The position numbers and the translations under genes were made by a program. The notes under the pieces were generated by a model. That model saw only the letters and a program-made list of their open reading frames with translations. It was not told where the DNA came from and made no database searches. A DNA stretch of 64,000 bases from Amoebidium appalachense (Eukaryota > Protista > Ichthyosporea). How positions within the stretch are numbered: the first letter of the stretch is position 1; each line of letters begins with the position of its first letter. The DNA lies in contig CAVNZM010000002.1 of NCBI GenBank assembly GCA_963693365.1, positions 1,612,001 to 1,676,000 on the forward strand, given 5' to 3'. Shown one piece after another: positions 55,424 through 64,000 of this stretch.

Positions 55424-56358
55424 GGAGAGAGGGAGCGAGAAGGGAGGGAGGGGGGGGGGAGGATGGGAGGGGGGAAAGGGGGTGGGAGGGGGGCGGGGGC
55501 GAGGCGGGGGGGGGGGGGGGGGGGGGGGTGAAGGTGCGAGGGAAAGAACTAAGGTTTTGTAAAATTCAAGAGGTAGGTAAGAGAGGGAAACTCGGAGAGG
55601 GAGAGAGACGGGAAGAGAGAAAGGGAGAGAGGGGGGAAGGTGGGGGGAGTGGGCAGAGCCGGAGAGATAGAGAGAGGGTGCCGTTTAGGGGTTGGGGACG
55701 AGAGGGGAGGGGGGTGAGAGAGAGGGAGCGAAAGTCGGGGGGAGGGAGGGAGGGGGGAGGGAAGGGGAAAAAGGGGGGTGGGAGGGGGGTGAGCAAGGCG
55801 GGGGGGGGGGGAGACAGGGAGGGAGAGAGGGAGAGAGAGAAAGGGTGAGAGCGAGAGGGAGGGGAGGGGTGTGTGTGTGTGTGTGTGTAGATGAGCTTCT
55901 TGGCGGCATGATATATTTAAGAGGTGAATAGGTGTTCTCGGGGGGAGGGGGTGGGAGGAGGGGGGGGGAGGGGGAGGGGGGAGGGGAGGGAGGGGGGTAC
56001 ATGGGGGACAAGGGAAGGTGAAGGCTGAGGTGGATAGAAGGCGATACATCTCAAGGGGAAAGAATCAGAAAAGATGTGAAGGGAGGGAGGGGGCTGAAGG
56101 GGAGGGAGGGGGGGAAGGGGGGAGAACAAGTTGGGTTGGGGGGAGGGGGGCGGGGGGGAAGGGGGGACGGGAGCGGGGAAAGAAGTAGGCAGCGATGGTA
56201 GGGGGAGGCGGGGGGGGGGGGGGGGGGGGGGGTGGGGGAGAAGAGGTGGCGCACCGAGACATACACAGTAACAGAATGAAGAGGCGGTAGAAGGGGCAGA
56301 AAGGTGGGCACGGGGATGAATGAAAGGGGGAGAGAGTGGAGTCTGGTGGTGGTGGTGT

Positions 56359-56409
<51 letters not shown>

Positions 56410-56836
56410 GGGGGGGGGGCTGCATGATTTGTGGAGGAAAATGACGGAACTTTCATGTGGCAGAGGTTGGTGCCACAAAGACCAACATGCAAAACATTCT
56501 GGCGTATTTCTGGCGTTCAATATTTATTTCATCAGGCCAGGGCCACACAAGGGGCACCATGGGCTGGCAAGATAATGTACAAGATATCCCCAACCAGGGG
56601 TTCTCCTCGGAAAGGTTTGCTAATATACATGTCGCCTGTAAATTCGAGGTATGGTGCTAGCACCGTTACCACCATATTATGCTTCACACCTGAGAAGCAT
56701 ATTGGCATGCCTTGCCGATGATCAAGTACTCATGCACACAGACTCAAAAAAACTTGTGGCGTTACTGACTGGACCGCTTACGGTCTGGACCTCATCACTC
56801 CACCCATCAGTTCCCCACACACCACTTCAGCATTGT

Positions 56837-57985
56837 CTAGTATGCATAGTTGTACTCCTGCTGGTGGTTGTTGCCGTAGCGGTTGCCGCCGTAGAGGTTG
56901 CCCACCCGGTAGCCATCGTTGGCCCACCAGCCCTGGTCGTAGCCGCCCTCATAGGGCACCCCGTAGCGGAACCCCTGCCCGTACTCGCCGTCCATCTTGT
57001 CGTCGTACTGGTTGTGGCTGCGGCCGTAGCGGTTGGAGTAAGTGTCCTGCTTGCCGTACTCCTTGGTGTCCTTGGCGTACGTCTCCTGCTTGCCGTACAC
57101 ATGCATGTCCTTGGCCGGCTTGCCGTACGTGTCCTGCTTGCCGTACGTGTCCTGCTTGCCGTAAACGTCCTGCTTGCCGTAAACGTCCTGCTTGCCGTAA
57201 ACGTCCTTGGAGGGCTTGCCGTACATGTCCTGCTTGCCGTACACGTCCTGCTTGCCGTACATGTCCTTGCCGTCCTGCTTGCCGTACGTGTCCTGCTTGC
57301 CGTAAACGTCCTGCTTGCCGTAAACGTCCTTGGAGGGCTTGCCGTACATGTCCTGCTTGCCGTACACGTCCTGCTTGCCGTACATGTCCTTGCCGTACGT
57401 GTCCTGCTTGCCGTACGTGTTCTGGTTGCCGTACGTGTCCTTGTGGGGCTTGCCGTACATGTCCTGCTTGCCGTACATGCGGCCGTAGTCCTGGCCGTAC
57501 GCCTCATAGTCACGGCCATAGTCCATCCCATATGCATAGCCGCGGATCTTGCCGTAGGAGTCCTGGCCGTACGACTCGTAGTCGCGGCCATGGTCCATCT
57601 TGCCGTAACCGCGGTTCTTGCCGTACGAGTCGTACTCCTGCTTGCCGTAGCTCTTCTTGCACACACAGCCCTTGCCGTGCTTTTTCTCCTTGCCGTACGA
57701 GTCGTACTCATCCTTGCCATAGGAATCGTGCTCCTGCTTTCCGTACGTGTCCTGCTTGCCGTACGTGTCCTGCTTGCCGTACGTGTCCTGCTTGCCGTAC
57801 GTGTCCTCCTTTCCGTAGTTGTCCTTTGCGTGGTCGACCTTTCCCCCCTTGTGCTCTTCCTTCTTGTCGCCTCCATTCATGGTGGCCATAGTGCCCGTGG
57901 GCTTGGCCTCCTCGCCCATGGCATCCTGCACAAGGGCAAGGGCAGCCATGGCGGAAATGGCAACGCGCACGCTGACACCCTTCAT
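56837..57985 (-). CDS. Intronless secreted Tyr/Gly/Lys/Asp-rich repeat protein (YGKQD[T/V/M] repeats), 382 aa
   Basis: aacaaacATG start, signal peptide MKGVSVRVAISAMAALALVQDAMG, about 42 YG motifs mostly encoded by an 18-nt unit, strong codon bias (TAC GGC AAG CAG GAC), upstream TATA box. Confidence 0.88.
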   Translation of the reverse strand: MKGVSVRVAISAMAALALVQDAMGEEAKPTGTMATMNGGDKKEEHKGGKVDHAKDNYGKEDTYGKQDTYGKQDTYGKQDTYGKQEHDSYGKDEYDSYGKEKKHGKGCVCKKSYGKQEYDSYGKNRGYGKMDHGRDYESYGQDSYGKIRGYAYGMDYGRDYEAYGQDYGRMYGKQDMYGKPHKDTYGNQNTYGKQDTYGKDMYGKQDVYGKQDMYGKPSKDVYGKQDVYGKQDTYGKQDGKDMYGKQDVYGKQDMYGKPSKDVYGKQDVYGKQDVYGKQDTYGKQDTYGKPAKDMHVYGKQETYAKDTKEYGKQDTYSNRYGRSHNQYDDKMDGEYGQGFRYGVPYEGGYDQGWWANDGYRVGNLYGGNRYGNNHQQEYNYAY

Positions 57986-58113
57986 GTTTGTTGCTATTGG
58001 TGGGCTTGGTAGGTAAGATTGGGCAGGAAGAAATCGTATGACAGTGAGTCTGTGTGTTAGCAGTCACTGAAGAGTGTGTTGTTGGCACTGATATGAAAAG
58101 CTTTTCGCGTGCC

Positions 58114-58121
58114 TTTTTATA
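58114..58121 (-). promoter_or_regulatory. TATA box of the YGKQD gene
   Basis: GGTATAAAAAGG on the minus strand, about 130 nt upstream of the ATG. Confidence 0.55.
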
Positions 58122-59382
58122 CCTCTGCATGCGCTTGTGTCGCACGGACTGAGGTGTCACCGAGCTGCGGTGTCATCAACTTGGTGAGACAGTGGCACTT
58201 TTTTTTTGGGGGGGGGGGGGGGGGCACGACAACCCTATCAGCTCTGTGCTACGGTGTGACACTAGTGCAACAGGTATCACTGCCTACCTACCTTATGTAC
58301 ACTTACACTGCGGCTCATGTTTAGCTTCGCGGCGTTTCTGAACTTCACTGAATGTAAAAGTGTGAAAGGCGACCATTCAACATCATTGCTAAACTCAGCG
58401 CTGCATGCAGAGGCCTAAGCTCCTGCAGCCCAAGGGGCTCATCCTGAGGTTGAACAGAATCAATACGATAAACAAGTAGAAAAAGAAAACAAATCGTGGG
58501 GTGAATCTCATAATTAGTGCCAAAACAAGTCACCCAGTGAGTGCAAATAAAATTACGCTGGCCTTGGACAGCTTTTTCCGCGCCTCCGCGCTTCCCGAGG
58601 CCAGTCAACTGTGCCACCCGCGGAGATCTAGGTATTCAGATCTATTTTTCCATATCATGACATATTGCACAAAATGATTGGTGAATAGAAATATGTTTTC
58701 TCCAATCAATAGCTTCCACATTATCAGCCAATCGCTGTATGCCACTCCTAGACATCCAGCATTCCAGAATCCAGAATCCAGGGTTAATTGCAATTTGCCA
58801 ATTGCAAGCTTTGATGTGCCCCAACTAAGAACTTGCAGGGAACGCTCCGTGTTATGCAGTACTGGGGTTGTCACTTCATATCCGTGCGTCCGTGTCGACG
58901 CCAGTGTTCACACCCACTATCCGAACTAATTATCCAGACGTGCCCGTTCGGACGCATATGTAATCATGTATACACATCATCCTAGTACACTCAAGGTCAA
59001 TGCCCCTGCATAGGTGTACACGTCCCCATTTTCCCGCAAACCGGGAACCAAGGCGGCCAAGAGCCGTTCATGGACGTCACACACACACGGTGTCCTGGTC
59101 ACTAACACAAACCTTTCGCATTGTCGATTTGTGATTCACAAGAAACATGTGTCGGTTGCGAGCTCTCGGCTGCTATCTCGATCCTGTCACTACCACATGT
59201 TTCATAGTGGGTGCCGTGCTGCGGCGCCTGAGGATCGCCTGTCATTTGTTTTCTGTCACGCGTTGCGTCGATTTGCCGAATATAACGAGGTACAATTCAT
59301 CGACAGTATTTTCTTCACGAACTTATTATTATTGAATGCCTTCATGCACACTCCCCCCCCCCCCCCCTCCCCCCCCCCCCCC

Positions 59383-59426
<44 letters not shown>

Positions 59427-60042
59427 CCCCTCCCTCCCTCCCGGCAATTCCCCCTCCGTCTCCTCTTCTGCCCCCTTACCACCACCGTACCGGTACTGCC
59501 TCCACAAGCACCACCTCCTCCCCCCCGTTTCCACCCCCCCTCCCCCACCCCCACCCCCAAAATCCCCCCCTCCCCCCAACACAAACACACACCGTCACTG
59601 CACCGCCAAAGAATGCTCGAGTTAATGGTATAACTCAGCGGACTTTTGTTTTGCTGCTCTTACTGTTGTCTTCCCCCCCCCCCCCCTCCCCCCTTGCGGG
59701 CCCCCTCCCCCTCCACCCCGCCCTCCACCCCCCTCGCATACAGGGGTGACTGTTGTGTTCAATACCCCCCCCCCCCCCCCCCAACCCCATACCCTCAATA
59801 CTCCCCCTTCCCATAGACTCCCCCCAAATGCCCCCAATACCCCCCTCCCCCCACTCCTCCTCCCCCGCCAGGGCACCCATTCGAACACACACACACACAC
59901 ACATACACACATACACACACACACACACACACTAGTTCCGACACCCCCCCCCCCCCCCCCCTCCCCCCCCCCCCCCCTCTCTCGTCCAAGAAAAGATTGC
60001 CTAATATTCACTTCGCTTAGCTAACCCACACCACATAGGCAT

Positions 60043-60076
<34 letters not shown>

Positions 60077-60952
60077 ACACACACACCGGCCGGCCGCACC
60101 CCTCCCTCCCTCCACACACACATGCACACAATGCACAGACGTGGTTTCGTGGTTTCGCACCCATAACCATCCACACAAGGATTTATAACCAGCCAGACTT
60201 TGCAGCCTTGTGTGCTATCCGCACAGATATGATTCGATTTAACCCTGGTACTGAGGGAACTTGAAACGAAACAAGGCTCATGTATATATGTAGCATTTTT
60301 ACTAAAGTTTATTTATTTATTCCGATTTGTCCCCGGAGGAAGTGAGGACCCTCATAGGAACTGCCGTCTTCCACCAAGCACCAACTTCTGAATTAGCGTG
60401 CCGCAGTGTAGGGAGCACCACGCCCCCTAACCAAAACGTTCTAGTAAAATTTATACAAGAGCTCTCGTTAGTTCTACTACAACTTTAAAAGATGGTGGTG
60501 TGGTAATGTGGCAAGCTGCCTGCCAATTTTGTGTTGGTGCGTGCCGTGCAATATGGGTTTGTGTATCACTGCCGGGGGATGTCAGAATATTGTGATCGTT
60601 TAGTATGTGAGATGACTGTCATTAATTTTTCTCTCTTGCCCAGAATGAAGGCAAATACTAAGTTACAGGCTATAGGATGCTGCCTACTTGATTATATGCA
60701 GGTGTGGGCTATTTTTTTTTACCCTCCCCTTAGGCAGCCCCTCCCCCCTCCCCCCCCAAACAGACCCCCCCCCCCCCCCCCCAAAAAAAAAAAAAAAAAA
60801 AAAAACCCCAGCCCCCCCCCCCCCCTCCCCCCTTCACACTAGGAAACGGAGAAAGAAAGACAGAAAGAAGTAAAAAAACATCGACTGTTCACTATCACAC
60901 CGAATCCCCTTCATACATCTACATTCTCCGTTCTCCAGTGCCCCATGCCAAA

Positions 60953-61787
60953 TTAGGCAAGTACTGCCATAGTGCTCACCAGTGTTGCAGCCAGCAGGTG
61001 GGTGAGGGGTGACAGTTGGGTGGCAGAAGATCCTTTCGGTGCCGAAGGTTCAAGATAAATTTGGAAGGAAGTGGTGGCGGTCATCGCCTGGCAGCCGGAT
61101 CCTGCAGTGAAGTCGGGCTGGTGTGGTTGATGTAAATTAGTGTTTTAAACAACAGCATAGGCACGTACAGGTAGATTGCATGCGATCAGAGACCAGAAGA
61201 AATAAACATACGTTTTACATATCCAGTAAATGTTCGCACCAAAACAAAGAAGGACTCGAAACGGCAGTACAGAATGACGATAGAACGGTACATGCGCACA
61301 GAACATAAATTAAACAGTGTAGGGAGGGGGAGAGGAGGGAGGGAGACAGAGAGAGGGAGGTGATGGTTGGGATGAGAAGAGAGAGAGAGAGAGGGGGGGG
61401 GGGGGGGGGGGAGAGAGGCTGGAGGAAGGGAGGTGTGGTTCACGTGAACCGAGACTATGGGAAGAAGGGCGGAGGGGGGGTCGGAGAAGTGGATGGATGG
61501 GGCATACAGCCAGCACGAATAAGACTTGGGGGTTAAATATATTAACTTTGCTAAATGTTATGTAATTGGCTCACGCCACTGCCCCGGGCGCACGATAACC
61601 CACCCCCCCCCCCCCCCCCCCCCTCCTCCCCCCTCCCCCTGCCCCCCTTGCGCCCTCCCCAACCACCCACCACCTCCTACCCACCCCAGGTGCACACCGA
61701 TATTAGTACCTACGGACCACACCTAAACCTACACGTTTAACTACACATATACACCCAAGTGCGCGGGTGCGCACGTGCGCGCGCGCG

Positions 61788-61832
<45 letters not shown>

Positions 61833-62459
61833 ACACACACAGGCACACACACACACACGCACACACTGCTGCCACATAAATATGATGGCCGCAGCTCTAG
61901 GGTTTGCCCAAACCAAATGAGGACGTAAACACCGTCGGCAAGAACGACGTGGCCAAAAAGCACGCACCGTTGAATAAACAACAAAATATACACGTACACA
62001 TGTGTTCACACATACTGTCAAGCACACACACATCATGGGGAAAGCCCGAGAGTCTGCCCAGACCGAGTGACACCCTGAGGCATGACCACCTTGGCATGTT
62101 TGCACGCACTGAATAAGCATTTCCGCTAATGAACCCTCCGTTAGAGTCCGTGTAAGATTACTACTTAAGATATGACGTGAAACCTAGGTTGGTTCATAGT
62201 TCCACTGCTTGCACGAACACGAAGAATAACTGGGGTTTACCTTGTTGTTGCACACTTGGCAGATACTGTCCGTGCAGCTAACCCAGTCAACACCCCTTAC
62301 AAAGAACGAGCCGCTTGAGATGGTGAAGCAGCCATCCAGATACGCCTTAGAAGGACCATGACAGTTTCCGCTGTCCTGAAAAATTTGTATTGCTGCCTCT
62401 GTCTGTGAGTTGCGGCCGAGGCCGAGCAACAAAAAGGTGGCGAGCAGTGTGGCATACAT
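60953..62459 (-). CDS. Small secreted 6-Cys protein with a probable GPI-anchor signal, 127 aa, 2 exons
   Basis: Exon 62459-62241 (signal peptide MYATLLATFLLLGLG, 5 Cys, donor AAG|GTAAAC) joins in phase 0 to exon 61117-60953 (PDFTAGSGCQ...KGSSATQLSPLTHLLAATLVSTMAVLA*), which has a small-residue omega site plus a hydrophobic tail. Confidence 0.7.
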
Positions 62460-63304
62460 GGCTGCAAGAACGTTGAAGCGGGCAGCAATGGCGAGGGAGG
62501 CGGGTTTCCTGCCAGTGATTGTATAAGGCGAGTGTAAAAGAAGAGTCAAAAACGTCCGAAACACTTCGATTTCTCGACGTTCGAATTGCTTCCCGTGAGC
62601 TTACTTCTCTAAAAAACTCAGCGAGTGATCCTAGCAGTTCGAGGAAAAATCTGTGGATAATTGGAACAACTGCGAACTGCAAAAAGAAAAATAGACAAAG
62701 AAAATGACTACCATGACATGCACGTGGGCTAGTTTTTAATAGCCAAAAAAAAAAAAAAAAAAAAAAAAAGAACATACACCAAGCTGGTTTTCCGAACACT
62801 CAGTGTTTTCTTGTGACGAGCCTTTGCCTTTTTTGCGTTGGTTTAGTCTCCCTAGCGGCAAAGAAAGTGCCATGACGTGTTTTGATTGGTTTAGATAGCA
62901 ATCGGGTGCGCGCTGAGCTAGGGAGACCGGTGCCATTGCAAGCACGGCCCGAGGCGCCTCGGATTCTGAACATGCAAGCTTAAGGCTTGTGCCTTTCAAA
63001 GTTTCATTTCAACAGAACCCACACCACGGCCATCTTGCTGTTCAAAATGGCCGTGGCGTGACTGCAATGAAGGGAAATTTCGAGTGGATTTTGAGTTGAA
63101 AAGCTGAGATGGAAAGAGGGGGAAAGGGAGAAGGGGGGGAGGGGGGAGGACGGGGTCGCCGGCCGTGGGCCCCGGTTAGGGGGATGGCACAAGTAATATT
63201 GGTCTTGCCCGGGGGGACTCCCCGGGCCCGGGGGTTCGTGGCGAGGCACGCAAGGGAGTGGGAGCCTCGGGGGGCGGGGCGGGGCGGGGCGGGGCGGGGC
63301 GGGG

Positions 63305-63351
<47 letters not shown>

Positions 63352-63799
63352 TACCATTCAGGGGGGCAGGAGGGAGATCTAGAAGGGGGTAGTGCATGCA
63401 GCATGTCTACAACGTTAACTATACGCACATGTGACTGAACTATCGAAACCACGGCCGTGATCGAAACCGCCCTGGAATGTTGTAGCTCTCAGGCTCCTCG
63501 TTCGAGGCACCCGGCCCTAATTAGAAGCCTTGCTTTGTTTCCCCCATCCGGCGTTGTGCATTTATAAATACTTTGAATATGTACCAGCACACCTGATCAA
63601 TTTGACGTGCACAGTAATAATTGTGACTAGCAGTGTTTGCATTCATTTCAGTAGCCTTTGCTTATTAGATCATATGATACGTGTGAACGTTGTTCGAATT
63701 TGTGGGCATACAGTGTGCGTCCGCGTGCAAGATTGTCAAATGTTGTTCGTCGTGAGTTTGTACTTTTCCCTGCTTGGCTTGACTTGAAACTTGTAAGTC

Positions 63800-63990
63800 C
63801 CGACGTTTTTTTTCTTTCGACGTTTTTTTTCTTTCGCCCGACGTTTTTTTTCTTTCGCCCGACGTTTTTTTTTCTTTCGCCCGACGGTTTTTTTTTTCTT
63901 TCGCCCGACGTTTTTTTTTCTTTCACACGTTTTTTTTCTTTCACACACGTTTTTTTCTTTCACACGTTGTTTTTTTTCTTTCTTTTTTTT
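63800..63990. repeat. Tandem ~20-bp repeat CGACG(T)nCTTTCGCC grading into CACACG(T)nCTTT
   Basis: About 5-6 copies of the first unit, then about 3 variant copies running to the window edge. Confidence 0.85.
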
Positions 63991-64000
63991 CTTTCTTTAC

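Noticed and set aside
56651-58012. 453-aa and 352-aa antisense ORFs and a 349-aa alternate-frame ORF over the YGKQD gene
   Set aside because: Shadow frames of a stop-free 18-nt repeat; only the YGKQD frame has an ATG in good context, a signal peptide and a TATA box.
63800-63990. CRISPR-like or telomeric array
   Set aside because: No unique spacers, eukaryotic context with no cas genes, and the unit is not a telomere-type repeat.

Overview
Eukaryotic genomic DNA (probably an opisthokont, possibly a unicellular holozoan; this is inference) with introns full of poly(C)/poly(G), (CA)n and (GA)n tracts. Most ORFs in the six-frame track are microsatellite artefacts. By reading splice sites manually I reconstructed frame-consistent models for five spliced genes: an AFG1/LACE1-family mitochondrial ATPase (-), a divergent TRAM-like TLC-domain membrane protein (-), nucleoporin Nup54 (-), FHIP/FAM160A (+) and a small Cys-rich, probably GPI-anchored surface protein (-). 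There are also two intronless genes: an SLC38/AAAP-type amino-acid transporter broken by one frameshift, and a secreted protein built from about 42 YG(K) repeats. The most notable observations are: (1) the YGKQD protein, which reads either as an amidated-peptide precursor (pQDxY-amide) or as a Tyr/Lys-crosslinked wall or adhesive protein; (2) a dispersed non-coding element seen only in introns, always host-sense oriented and abutting poly(C); (3) an unusual intron architecture with weak or GC donors followed directly by C-runs and acceptors preceded by (CA)n; and (4) a TGTTG...CAACA MITE inserted in poly(C). Exon models are manual and need RNA-seq confirmation, and homopolymer lengths may be assembly-inflated.
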